NCBI GenBank assembly: GCA_002269645.1
Contig: NIVC01000151.1
Span: 186,001 to 250,000 of the forward strand
DNA from: Macrostomum lignano
Lineage: Eukaryota
Direction of reading: 5' to 3'
Length of the DNA: 64,000 nt
The position numbers were made by a program, and so were the translations under genes. Positions 36,817 through 47,660 of the stretch are shown piece by piece (position 1 is the stretch's first letter; every line of letters begins with the position of its first letter). The notes beneath the pieces are model-generated. The model saw only the letters and a list, made by a program, of their open reading frames with translations, was not told the origin of the DNA and searched no databases.

Positions 36817-37169
36817 CTTCAGCCGGCAGCAAGCCGTTCGGCCAGGCGGTCAACGGCGAGGACCACATGGCGCAGGACGGCGATGGCCTCGCCTCGGCCG
36901 GCCGAGACTCCCTCGCCGTGCCGCTGGAGATCCCGCCCAGCCGGGTCACGGTGCTGCGCGGCCACGAGTCCGAGGTGTTCATCTGCGCCTGGAACCCCCG
37001 CCAGAACCTGCTGGCCTCGGGCTCCGGCGACTCCACCGCCCGCCTGTGGGACGCCACCGACCTTGCCAGCGCCGTTGATCCCAAGAAGCAGCTGGTGCTC
37101 AAGCACTGCATTAGCCGGGGTGGCATGGACGTGCCCAGCAACAAGGATGTCACCTCGCTTGATTGGAAT
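36817..37169 (+). CDS. TBL1X: TBL1X exon 3 (WD40 repeats begin)
   Basis: [24 protein letters not shown]...[14 protein letters not shown]...[12 protein letters not shown]|GTGAGC. The 5' boundary (CTCAG|) was chosen by phase. Confidence 0.9.
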
Positions 37170-37384
37170 GTGAGCAGAAATTTTCTGGCCTGTCCTAAGC
37201 AATGATAGCCCTTAGTGGCCAGATTCTGTTCTCACTGCTCTGTTTCTCCTTCATCCTCCATTCACACCCTGCTTTTACTTATCTCCCTACCTCTGACCTC
37301 TTCTCTTTCCCAGTCACCCCCTTTCCGCATCTTATCCGTCCTCTCACCCATCCTCATTTATTCTTACACATTCTTAATTACTAT

Positions 37385-37760
37385 CCCCGCACGTCTTCTC
37401 ATGTCTTGTCATCTCCCCACGTATTCTCACGTCTTATCATCCCCCCACGTCTTCTCACGTCTTATCATCTCTCCCCACGTCTTCTCACGTCTTGTCATCT
37501 CTCCCCACGTCTTCTCACGTCTTGTCATCTCTCCCCACATCTTCTGACGTCTTATCATCTCTCCCAACGTCTTCTCACGTCTTATCATCGCTCCGCACGT
37601 CTTCTCACGTCTTCTCATCTCTCCCAACGTCTTCTCACGTCTTGTCATCTCTTCCCACGTCTTCTCATGTCTTCTCATCTCTCCCAACGTCTTCTCACGT
37701 CTTCTCATCTCTCCCACGTCTTCTCACGTCTTATCATGGCTCCGCACGTATTCTCATCAC
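37385..37760. repeat. 30-bp pyrimidine-rich minisatellite, TBL1X intron 3
   Basis: Unit CACGTCTTCTCACGTCTTATCATCTCTCCC. Confidence 0.88.
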
Positions 37761-37998
37761 ATCTCCACCCCTTCATCACCTCTTTTCACTCCTCATCACC
37801 TCTTTCCACTCCTCCTCATCACCTCTTCCACGTTTTCTCATCACCTCTCTCCACGCCTTCTCACTTCTCATCGTCTTCCCTACGTCTTCTCATCTCCCTT
37901 CTCCCCTTTATAATTTGCTAACATATGCATTTTCCTTCCTCCCCCAACCAGCTCACCCCACCGTCCTTAACCCGCCCACCCACCGCCCGCCTTTGCAG

Positions 37999-38062
37999 TA
38001 TGACGGCTCCCGGCTGGCGACGGGATCCTACGATGGCTTCGCGCGGCTGTGGGCAACAGACG
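37999..38062 (+). CDS. TBL1X: TBL1X exon 4
   Basis: YDGSRLATGSYDGFARLWATD G|GTAGGA. Confidence 0.93.
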
Positions 38063-38265
38063 GTAGGAAATTATTTGATACTTGAGCTCTTTTTTAGTTG
38101 CCTTGTAGTTTTGCGCCTGACAAATTCGCTCAAATTATGGGCTGGGCTAATTCTTGTCACCTGAACAAGCTTGGTCATCTCCTCATACCTTCTGTGATCT
38201 ATTAAGCTACTGACAGTAGCAATTGAGTTCAATAAAGTTTATGGTTAAAAATTATCTCTACTCAG

Positions 38266-38363
38266 GTACGCTGGTCTGCACCCTGGGCCAGCACAAGGGC
38301 CCAATATTTGCGCTGAAGTGGAACAAAGCTGGCAACCTCATACTCAGCGCCGGGGTCGATAAG
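38266..38363 (+). CDS. TBL1X: TBL1X exon 5
   Basis: [33 protein letters not shown]|GTGAGC. Confidence 0.93.
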
Positions 38364-38433
38364 GTGAGCTAATTGAAGCGATCATTCTAAGAAATCTGCG
38401 GTTAAAATGCCTTTTTTTCCTGGTGAATTTCAG

Positions 38434-38494
38434 ACAACCATCATTTGGGACGCCACCACGGGTCAGGCAAAGCAGCAGTTTGCATTCCATACAG
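38434..38494 (+). CDS. TBL1X: TBL1X exon 6
   Basis: [21 protein letters not shown]|GTGAGC. Confidence 0.93.
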
Positions 38495-38519
38495 GTGAGC
38501 CTGAAGATTGCCCTGAACT

Positions 38520-39040
38520 TTATTTACTTGTACACGGTATCTTGTACCCGTCCTACTTGTACACCGACTCCTGTACCAGTATTACTTGTACACCGACTCC
38601 TGCACCAGTCTTACTTGTACACATACTCCTGTACCCGTCCTACTTGTACACCGACTCCTGTACCAGTATTACTTGTACACCGACTCCTGCACCAGTCTTA
38701 CTTGTACACATACTCCTGTACCCGTCCTACTTGTACACCGACTCCTGTACCAGTATTACTTGTACACCGACTCCTGCACCAGTCTTACTTGTACACATAC
38801 TCCTGTACCCGTCCTACTTGTACACCGACTCCTGTACCAGACCTACTTGTACACCGACTTCTGTACCAGTCTTACGTGTACACCGAGTCCTGTACCAGAC
38901 CTACTTGTACACCGAGTCCTGTACCAGACCTACTTGTACACCGAGTCCTGTACCAGACCTACTTGTACACATACTCTTGTACCAGTTCTACTTGTACACC
39001 GAGTCCTGTACCAGTCCTACTTGGACTCCTGTACCAGTCC
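38520..39040. repeat. 29-bp minisatellite with an 87-bp trimer block, TBL1X intron 6
   Basis: Unit TACTTGTACACCGACTCCTGTACCAGTCC; a 29-aa period is visible in the ORF track. Confidence 0.92.
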
Positions 39041-39059
39041 CACCTCCTCGCCGCTCCAG

Positions 39060-39384
39060 CGCCCGCTCTAGACGTGGACTGGCAGAGCAACAACACATTC
39101 GCCAGCTGCTCGACAGACCAGAGCATCCAGGTGTGCCGCCTCGGTCGCGAGCAGCCCATCGAGATATTCAAGGGCCACACAAACGAGGTCAACGCCATTA
39201 AGTGGGACCCACAGGGCCGCCTGCTGGCCTCCTGCTCGGACGACATGACCCTGAAGCTGTGGTCCATGGACCGGCCGCACCCCATCCACGACTTCAAGGC
39301 GCACCAGAAGGAGATCTACACCATCAAGTGGAGCCCCACGGGGTACAACTCGCAGAATCCCAATGCCAACCTCTACTTGGCCAG
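39060..39384 (+). CDS. TBL1X: TBL1X exon 7
   Basis: [20 protein letters not shown]...[13 protein letters not shown]...[14 protein letters not shown]...[12 protein letters not shown]...LYLA AG|GT. Confidence 0.95.
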
Positions 39385-39603
39385 GTGCGAATTCAGCTTT
39401 GTAGCCTTGGTAGCTATTGGTTATTGGATATTGGCAGTGCTGACGAGTATATTGGGCAATCCTGACTCCCACTCCATACATGAGACAGTTCTGACCCCCA
39501 CCCAAAACCATATAGGATATTTCCTAAGCTTCAGCCGACTTATTTTTTAAACCCTTCACTGCAACATCGAGCCTCTCATTCCCTAATTTCGCTCACCTGC
39601 CAG

Positions 39604-39769
39604 CGCGAGTTTCGATTCGACTGTCCGCCTGTGGGACGTGGAGGCCGGCGCCTGCGCCCAGGTGTTCTCCAACCACAATGAGCCGGTGTACAGCGTGGCT
39701 TTCTCGCCATGCGGGCACTACTTGGCCTCGGGCAGCTTTGACAAATGCGTGCACATTTGGGATATTGCG
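39604..39769 (+). CDS. TBL1X: TBL1X exon 8
   Basis: [14 protein letters not shown]...[31 protein letters not shown]|GTAATT. Confidence 0.94.
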
Positions 39770-39829
39770 GTAATTGCTTTTATTGCTGCGCCTACGTATC
39801 AAAGCTTTTCTGCTTTAAAGAAAAGCCCG

Positions 39830-40370
39830 TGGATTGCTGCTTTTACGAAAAGCCAGTAGATTGCTGCTTTTAGGAAAAGCCAGTAGATTGCTACTTTTAG
39901 GACAAGCCAGTAGATTGCTGCTTTTAGAAAGTCTGCATTGCTACTTTTAGGACAAGCCAGTAGATTGTTGCTTTTAGGACAAGCCAGTAGATTGCTGCTT
40001 TTAGAAAGTCTGCATTGCTGCTTTTAGGACAAGCCTGTAGATTGCTGCTTTTAGAAAGTCTGCATTACTGCTTTTAGGAAAAGCCTGTAGATTGCTACTT
40101 TTAGGAAAAACCAGTAGATTGTTGCTTTTAGGACAAGCCAGTAGATTGCTGCTTTTACGAAAAGCCAGTAGATTGCTTCTTTTAGGAAAAGCCAGTAGAT
40201 TGCTGCTTTTAGAAAGTCTGTGCATTGCTGCTTTTATGAAAAGCCCGTAGATTGCTGCTTTTAGAAAAAGTTCGAGATTGCTGATTTTAGGAAAGCACTT
40301 TGGCCAGGGGATTTCTGCTTTTAGTAAAAGTCTAGTTTGCTGCTTTAGAAGGCAGTAGATTGCTGCTTTC
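39830..40370. repeat. ~27-bp minisatellite, TBL1X intron 8
   Basis: Unit AGATTGCTGCTTTTAGGAAAAGCCAGT with variants. Confidence 0.88.
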
Positions 40371-40510
40371 TGCAAGTACGCGAGCTTGTACTCGTAAATT
40401 AAATTGCGTCTAGTCTTTAATTGCTGCTTTCAAATGCGCAGATTGCAGCTTGAATTTCCGCTTTATTTCTCTAATTATCTTTTCACGCGCCGCTTCTTTG
40501 CCGCCCGCAG

Positions 40511-40612
40511 TCCGGCTCGCTGGTGCACAAGTACCAGGGCACCGGCGGCATCTTTGAGGTCTGCTGGAACCACACCGGGGACCGCGTTGGCGCCAGCGCT
40601 GCCGACGGCACC
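40511..40612 (+). CDS. TBL1X: TBL1X exon 9
   Basis: [34 protein letters not shown]|GTAAGT. Confidence 0.94.
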
Positions 40613-40829
40613 GTAAGTGACCGCCAGCAGCGGGCCTCAGTGCCGGTTTTATTGCTTCTGAGTCTATGGCGTTTTAGCTAATAAGATAAAACAGCTTTTT
40701 GGTTTGGTTTCTTGAGCAAATTCTCCTTTACTAACCTTTCTGTCTTCTCACATCTATCCCCTTCGTTTTCTCATTTTCCCATGGGCCATCTCTCTCCCTC
40801 TCTCTCTCTGTCTTTTATTTTATTTTCCC

Positions 40830-41200
40830 TTGCCTCCCATTTCCCCATCTCCCTTCTCCCCTCCCATTTCCCCATCTCCCTTCTCCCCTCCCATTCCCCC
40901 ATCTCCCTTCTCCCCTCCCATTTCCCCATCTCCCTCCCCCTCCCATTTCCCCATCTCCCTTCTCCCGTCCCATTTCCCCATCTCCCTTCTCCCCTCCCAT
41001 TTCCCCATCTCCCTCCCCCTCCCATTTCCCCATCTCCCTCCCCCTCCCATTTCCCCATCTCCCTTCTCCCATCCCATTTCCCCATCTCCCTTCTCCCATC
41101 CCATTTCCCCATCTCCCTTCTCCCCTCCCATTTCCCCATCTCCCTCCCCCTCCCATTTGCCCATCTCCCTTCTCCCTCCCTCTTGTTTCCCATCTCCCCC
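40830..41200. repeat. 24-27-bp C/T-rich minisatellite, TBL1X intron 9
   Basis: Unit CCCATTTCCCCATCTCCCTTCTCCCCT. Confidence 0.9.
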
Positions 41201-41274
41201 TCCCATTGGTGTGATGCTACAATTATACAAACCCAGCCGCTTCACACCCTCATCCCCATCAATTCCCACTGCAG

Positions 41275-41304
41275 GTGGTCATCCTGGACCTTCGCCGCTG
41301 CTAG
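41275..41304 (+). CDS. TBL1X: TBL1X exon 10 (terminal)
   Basis: TGCAG|VVILDLRRC* corresponds to vertebrate VCVLDLRK*. Confidence 0.9.
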   Translation: MVILDLRRC

Positions 41305-41904
41305 GGAGCGGCTGCCAGGCTGTGCAGCCGGGTTGGGGAATTCCAAGCGCATGGACATTGTCAAGCTTTTGTCCGACACCTGCGCTTCAATAATCAGTGT
41401 GGCATGTGGAGCCTGCGACCAATGCTTGCACTGCTGCGGTTAATTTAAACTGCCGCCCGTGTTTCACATCGAAATGGTTGCGCAGTTCCGTTAGTCCCTG
41501 CTCCGTATTGTGCAGCTGTCTGATATTGCCGATAGTGTACTTTAGTAACTGGGCGACATCCCAGCCGAGTGCTGTCCAGAAGCCCCGCCCACGGTTCCGC
41601 TGTGTGTTTGCTGTTGTAGACGTGCTGTGCTGCCAGTAATTCACCCCCAATCTGTTTTTGGCCGTAGAATTGTTTTGTTTACTTTTAATTTATTGTGCGA
41701 CCCTCCCTGTTGTTGCTGGCTATCGCTAATTTTAGTAAATAATCCCAATTTGTTTGAGTTGCTAGCGACTGATTAAGCGATTGACGCTACGTCTTCTGAC
41801 CCTACGTCAGCTCACAACTTCTGAAACCATCCCGAGGCTTAAAAATCTGTCCATAAAGTCTCAAACACATTCCATGATCCCCCTGAAACCATAGCTCTCA
41901 TAGA

Positions 41905-42760
41905 AAAGCCCCTGAAACCCCAGCTCTCATAGACAGTCCCTGAAACCCCAGCTCTCATAGACAGTCCCTGAAACCCCAGCTCTCATAGACAGCCCCTGAA
42001 ACCTCAGCTCTCATAGACAGTCCCTGAAACCCCAGTTCTCATAGATAGTCCCTGAAACCCCAGCTCTCATAGACAGCTCCTGAAACCTCAGCTCTCATAG
42101 ACAGCCCCTGAAACCTCAGCTCTCATAGACAGCCCCTGAAACCCCAGCTCTCATCGACAGTCCCTGAAACCCCAGTTCTCATAGATAGTCCCTGAAACCC
42201 CAGCTCTCATAGACAGCTCCTGAAACCTCAGCTCTCATAGACAGCCCCTGAAACCTCAGCTCTCATAGACAGCCCCTGAAACCCCAGCTCTCATCGACAG
42301 TCCCTGAAACCCCAGCTCTCATAGACAGCCCCTGAAACCCCAGCTCTCATAGACAGCCCCTGAAACCCCAGCTCTCATAGACAGCCCCTGAAACCTCAGC
42401 TCTCATAGACAGCCCCTGAAACCCCAGCTCTCATAGACAGCCCCTGAAACCCCAGCTCTCATAGACAGCCCCTGAAACCCCAGCTCTCATAGACAGCCCC
42501 TGAAACCTCAGCTCTCATAGACAGCCCCTGAAACCTCAGCTCTCATAGACAGCCCCTGAAACTCCAGCTCTCATAGACAGTTCCTGAAACCCCAGCTCTC
42601 ATAGACAGTCCCTGAAACCCCAGCTCTCATAGACAGCCCCTGAAACCCCAGCTCTCATAGACAGCCCCTGAAACCCCAGCTCTCATAGACAGCCCCTGAA
42701 ACCCCAGCTCTCATAGACAGCCCCTGAAACCCCAGCTCTCACAACCTGAATTCCCAGCTC
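41905..42760. repeat. 28-bp minisatellite, ~30 copies, between the convergent TBL1X and EF-hand genes
   Basis: Unit TGAAACCCCAGCTCTCATAGACAGCCCC. Confidence 0.94.
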
Positions 42761-43476
42761 TCCAAGGCTAGCAGGCGCAAGTCCGAGACTTCACACTGAG
42801 CAGAAGTCGGCCTGGATTTCCTTAAAGCGCTGCCTGTGCTATCGTGAATTCGTCTGTCGCGGTGCCAAACAAGTATTTTTGGCCCCTCCATCCCTCAGTC
42901 TCGCCGTTTGCTTAGCCTGACCTTGTAATGTTCTTTGAAGTTGTTTTGTCTCGTTTTGTGCCCTGATTCCTTTGACCCGGCCGTCGCTGTTGTCCACCTG
43001 GTCGTATCGCTCTGAATTTGTAGTTTATAACTGTTGCTTATTGCTGCTTTTACCTGTCTCAGATTTCCTTCTCATTTGTGAGAACATGCGAGAACTGCTT
43101 GCCCATTGTCTGTTAACATGTCGCTTTGCACCCGCACACCAAGACTGTCCACTACCTGCTACTAAAGCTGTATTATACTTGCTGTTAATCCTGAGTGCGG
43201 CGGCTGCAGCACATGCAACCCGTGTAATTATGCGGAATGACTCCACCTGTTATTTACTTCACTTGGGGGTTGGCTGACGGCAGGGCAGGAGTCAGCTGGG
43301 ATAGGCCCGGCCGGGAATAGGCCTGCATCTGACCTTCAGCTGACCCTGCAGTTTTAGCAAAATACGAGCAGCAGAAGTCGGAGGAGGCTTGCTTGAACGA
43401 CCCGCGTTCCGCAAATTCAGCTTTATTGCCATTTCGAAGTTGACACTGCAGTTCGAATTTCACGCAACCGCATGAG

Positions 43477-43958
43477 TCACAGCTTGGCCAGCCTCTTGAC
43501 GAGGTCCTGATACACCACCATGCCGTTCTCGTCCACCAGACCGCGCAGCATCTGCGCCACTTCCTTGGCCTCCAGTGGCTCGCCCAGCTGCGTCAGCCAG
43601 CCCTGCAGGTCCTCCGCCTTCAGCCTGCCGGCCTCCACCTTGTCGAACGTCAGGAAGGCCTCGTCCAGAGCTTGTGCCCACTGTTCCGGCGACAGCGTCT
43701 CCGCCTTTGCCCTGGCCGCCACGGTCAGGAAGTTCGGCAGCTCCACGGTGCCGCTGGCGTCGGGATCAGCGTCCTTGGCGTAGTCCTGGACCTCCTCCTC
43801 CGACAGGACAAACTTGGCGCGGCGCAGAGCCTCTCCCAGGTCGCCGATGGCGATGGCGCCGCGGCTGCGCTTGTCCAGCCGCTTGAAGGCTGCTTTCCAA
43901 ACTTCTTCGTCTGCTGGGGGCTGCTTGCGCCTCTGCTGGGTGGCGCGGCCTTTCTGCT
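43477..43958 (-). CDS. Calmodulin-like / myosin-light-chain-like EF-hand protein, exon 2
   Basis: WKAAFKRLDK..GAI...DL..ALR...LSEEEV.D...DADPDASGTVELPNFL...EAFLTFDK...LTQLGEPL...EV..ML..VDENGMVVY.DLV: a four-EF-hand fold with degenerate loops; acceptor CACAG|. Confidence 0.85.
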
Positions 43959-43959
43959 C

Positions 43960-44775
43960 TGTGTGTGTGAATGCGGTGCCTGTGTGGGTAAAATCAGTGC
44001 CTGTGAGGGTGAATGAGGTGCCTGTGAGGGTGAAAGTGAAATGCGGTGCCTGTGAGTGAATGCGGTGTTTGTGGGTGAATTCAGTGTCTGTGGGTGAATG
44101 CGGTGCCTTGTAACATGGGTGAATGCGGTGTCTGTGAGTGAATGCGGTGTCGGTGAGGGTGAATGCAGTGTCTGTGGGTGAATGCGGTGTCTGTGAGGGT
44201 GAATGCGGTGCCTGTATGGGTGAATGCGGTGTCTGTGAGGGTGAATGCGGTGTCTGTGGGTGAATGCGGTGCATGTGGGTGAATGCGGTGCCTGTGTGGG
44301 TGAATGCGGTGTCTGTGGGTGAATGCGGTGCCTGGGTGAATGCGGTGCCTGTATGGATGAATGCGGTGTCTGTGGGTGAATGCGGTGCCTGGGTGAATGC
44401 GGTGCCTGTATGGGTGAATGCGGTGTCTGTGGGTGAATGCGGTGCCTGGGTGAATGCGGTGCCTGGGTGAATGCGGTGCCTGTGTGGGTGAATGCGGTGT
44501 CTGTGGGTGAATGCGGTGCCTGGGTGAATGCGGTGCCTGTATGGATGAATGCGGTGTCTGTGGGTGAATGCGGTGCCTGGGTGAATGCGGTGCCTGTATG
44601 GATGAATGCGGTGTCTGTGGGTGAATGCGGTGCCTGGGTGAATGCGGTGCCTGTATGGGTGAATGCGGTGTCTGTGAGGGTGAATGCGGTGCCTGTGGGT
44701 GAATGCGATGCCTGTTGGTGAATGCGGTGCCTGTGTGGGCGAATGCGATGTTTCTATTGGTGAATGCGGTTTCAA
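43960..44775. repeat. 16-22-bp minisatellite filling the EF-hand gene intron
   Basis: Unit GGGTGAATGCGGTGTCTGTG and shorter variants. Confidence 0.94.
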
Positions 44776-44851
44776 CTTAAGTGAGTTTACTGTGTGTGAC
44801 TGCCGTGACTGCCAGAATGGGTTGCTGTGCTATTCAGGACGCCTCACTTAC

Positions 44852-44867
44852 TAGCAGTAATTGGCAT
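44852..44867 (-). CDS. EF-hand protein exon 1 (MPITA), giving 165 aa
   Basis: ATG CCA ATT ACT GCT A|GTAAGT is a consensus donor; phase 1 joins exon 2 (A|AG); 16+482 = 498 nt, in frame. Confidence 0.65.
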
Positions 44868-45311
44868 CTGCAGCTCGGGCGCTCCAACGGCGTCGAGTGA
44901 AAGCAGGCAATAAAACTGTGACCGAGCTGAGCTGGCCGAGCAGCCTTAAACTCGGCCTGGCAGTCAAATATCTATCGTGTTTGTTGAATGCGCAGCGGAG
45001 CCAGCACAGTTTGCCGTGCCAATGGCATGAGCCCGGGGGCTCTCGATTCTCAACAGCGCGCGCTATTTGCATTTGCTTAGCGGGTTAAACAATGAGAATG
45101 GCTGCTATGCAATTTCTGCAGTCATGGATTTGTTCATTCTATTTTTGGAGAATGCGAGCTATGAGCTGATTTTCAATCTGCAAAAATCTGTGCAGTGTTG
45201 CATAGGATAGGATTTTATTGATAATTCCATTATTTCAAAAGCTGGGTGTGGGCTCTGCTGCAGCTGAAGAGGCAATGCGAGAATTACGCTCATAATTACA
45301 ATGAAGAGGGT

Positions 45312-45985
45312 TTAGGGGCGGTTGCCATGATTAGGGGCGATTCTCAGGGTGGATTAGGGACGATTCTCAGGCTGGATTAGAGGCGATTCTCCGGGCGGAT
45401 TAAGGGCGATTATCAGGGCGGATTAGCGGTGATTCTCAGGGCGGATTAGGGGTGATTCTCGGGGTGGATTAGGGGTGATTCTTAGGGTGGATTAGGGGTG
45501 ATTCTCGGGGTGGATTAGGGGTGATTCTCGGGTGGATTAGGGGTGATTCTTAGGGTGGATTAGGGGTGATTCTTAGGGTGGATTAGGGGTGATTCTCGGG
45601 GTGGATTAGGGGTGATTCTTAGGGTGGATTAGGGGTGATTCTTAGGGTGGATTAGGGGTGATTCATAGGGTGGATTAGGGGGTGATTCTCGGGGTGGATT
45701 AGGGGTGATTCTTAGGGTGGATTAGGGGTGATTCATAGGGTGGATTAGGGGTGATTCATAGGGTGGATTAGGGGGTGATTCTCGGGGTGGATTAGGGGTG
45801 ATTCTTAGGGTGGATTAGGGGTGATTCTTAGGGTGGATTAGGGGTGATCCTCGGTGGATTATAGGGGCGATTTGCAGGGTGGATTAAGGGTGATTCTTTG
45901 GGTGGATTAGGGGCGATTCTCAGGGTGGATTAGGGCGATTCTCAGGGTAGAGTAGGAGCGATTTCTAGTGTGCATTAGGGGCTGT
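45312..45985. repeat. ~23-bp minisatellite containing TTAGGG telomeric hexamers
   Basis: Unit GGATTAGGGGTGATTCTTAGGGT. Confidence 0.92.
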
Positions 45986-46386
45986 TGCCAGGGTGGTTCT
46001 TAGGGTGGAGTCGGAGCGATTCTTACGTCAGCTTAAAGAAAAGTCTTCAGGCGATGTAGGGGGATTCTCTGAGCGAATTGAAAGCGACTCTCGGGGTTTT
46101 CAGACTCAAAGCAGCACCCAATCCGATATGCAATACTCGATCGAATCTCGCGCTCTTAAACCAGAGAAAGGAAATGCAGTGAGACGCGGGAAACTTGCAG
46201 TCATGAGCAATTTTAGCCTGAATGATTTTTTTCTTATCAAAGGACTGCTCCGTGAGGCTGTTAAATTTAAGTTTGCTGAGACTAAACTAGCTGAAACAAC
46301 AAAAACTCCTGAGCCTTTATGGTACCGCTGCCTACAAAACCGCTTGAGGCATGTCAGCAGAGAGTCCAGTCCAACCTTCCCCAGCC

Positions 46387-47052
46387 TCAGTAATCTTCAG
46401 GACCTCCTCCAGCACCTTCAGCAGCCGCGCTGGCGTCGAGGTCCTCGTGGATGCTCGGCCGCACCATCAGCGAGCCGCAGTCGTCAATCCAGGCCTCCAG
46501 CCGCAGGACCAGCCGCAGCTCGCTGGGCTCCGTGCAGACCGGCTGGCAGTGGCGACCGTCCCCCTGGTTGCTGGCGTTGCTGTTGGCCACCTGCAGGCAC
46601 TGCTGAGCTTCCTGCTGCTGCGGCATCTTCTGCTTTCGCTTATGCACTTCTTCATCCTGGTGCTGCGGCATCTTCTGCTTTTGCTGACGCACTTCTTCAT
46701 CCTGGTGCTGCGGCATCTTCTGCTTTTGCTGACGCATTTCTTCATCCTGGTGCTGTGGCATCTTCTGCTTTCGCTGGTGCACTTCTTCATCCTGGTGCTG
46801 CAGCATCTTCTGCTTTTGCTGACGCCACTGCGGCAGGTTCTGATCTGGCTGTCCGCCCTGGCAGCTGTGCTGCTCACACTGAGCCAGCAAGATCTCCAGC
46901 TGTTGCTGCAGTTTCTGTTGCTGCTGCTGCCGCTGGTCGCCCTGCTGCTGGTGCCGCATGTTGCCGATGACCGCCTCAAACTGCCTGGCCAACTCGGCTG
47001 CCGTGCTGTACAGATCCTCGGTGCACTCCTCCGCGGAATTCGAGGTCTCCAT
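46387..47052 (-). CDS. Orphan single-exon Q-rich protein (221 aa) with internal 13-aa repeats
   Basis: ATG at 47052 just after a strong acceptor (TTTGACATTCGCAG|CG); ~5 copies of QQKQKMPQHQDEEV; the N-terminus EDLYSTAAELARQFEAVIG is weakly reminiscent of RILP/JIP RH1 helices. Confidence 0.5.
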   Translation of the reverse strand: METSNSAEECTEDLYSTAAELARQFEAVIGNMRHQQQGDQRQQQQQKLQQQLEILLAQCEQHSCQGGQPDQNLPQWRQQKQKMLQHQDEEVHQRKQKMPQHQDEEMRQQKQKMPQHQDEEVRQQKQKMPQHQDEEVHKRKQKMPQQQEAQQCLQVANSNASNQGDGRHCQPVCTEPSELRLVLRLEAWIDDCGSLMVRPSIHEDLDASAAAEGAGGGPEDY

Positions 47053-47214
47053 CGCTGCGAATGTCAAACAGAACTTCAAGCAATCAAATTCTTAGCTCAG
47101 TTTTCAAGCGGCTGCCTTGAGGCTTGGCTGAATATCAGATTTTTGCTTCTCACTTCCTGCAGTCCCAGTTCGGCCATAGACAGCCAGCTTAGAGGGCGCC
47201 ATGGCTGAATCAAT

Positions 47215-47291
47215 GGGGCGAGGCAGCTCAGCGGTCAGCACGTCGGGCCCTCGCGTCAAAGTAACCCGGGTTCGATTCCGCGCGCGGCCTC
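47215..47291 (+). mobile_element. tRNA-derived SINE-like head
   Basis: GGCAGCTCAGCGG (A box) ... GGGTTCGATTCC (B box); the acceptor stem does not close and there is no T-run terminator. Confidence 0.5.
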
Positions 47292-47496
47292 TGGGCATGG
47301 CGGTTTGCCCCCCCCCCCGCTGGCTTGCGGCACCGGCCGCTGCCAAATGATTACTCAATGGATGAATAAAGCAGGTAAAGCTGAGATGAGAAAAGAATGG
47401 AAAAGCGAATTGCCACTGCCCTTGAACTGTGCGCAGATTTGCATTTTTAATAATTAATTAAACAGCTCAGGTGTGACCTGAAAGCCTTCATCTTGT

Positions 47497-47502
47497 TTTA
47501 TT
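47497..47502 (-). terminator. Candidate polyadenylation signal (AATAAA) of IDE
   Basis: TTTATT on the plus strand ~160 nt downstream of the IDE stop. Confidence 0.45.
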
Positions 47503-47660
47503 GTTCAGCAGTTCTCTGCCTTCGATGCTTTCAGCACTAAATGTGACACAGGCACAGCGCAGGAACAAATGCAATTTGCGAAACTGCCAGTGCGAGCCTG
47601 GAAGATTTTTTGAGATGCTAAATGAGTTGTTAATTCCTCTGCTGCTCTCGGCCTGCCGGG

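Noticed and set aside
43477-44775. 432-aa ORF as one protein
   Set aside because: The N-terminal ~270 aa is the intronic minisatellite; a consensus donor and acceptor give a 165-aa spliced product.
45312-45985. True telomere or chromosome-fusion scar
   Set aside because: The TTAGGG hexamers are embedded in a 23-bp unit in one orientation, with no pure (TTAGGG)n run or head-to-head junction.
45993-47208. Plus-strand ORFs of 325 and 285 aa
   Set aside because: They begin in the TTAGGG array or mirror the minus-strand Q-rich ORF; no recognisable motifs.
47215-47291. Functional tRNA gene
   Set aside because: The acceptor and anticodon stems do not pair properly and there is no oligo-T terminator; treated as a SINE-like head.
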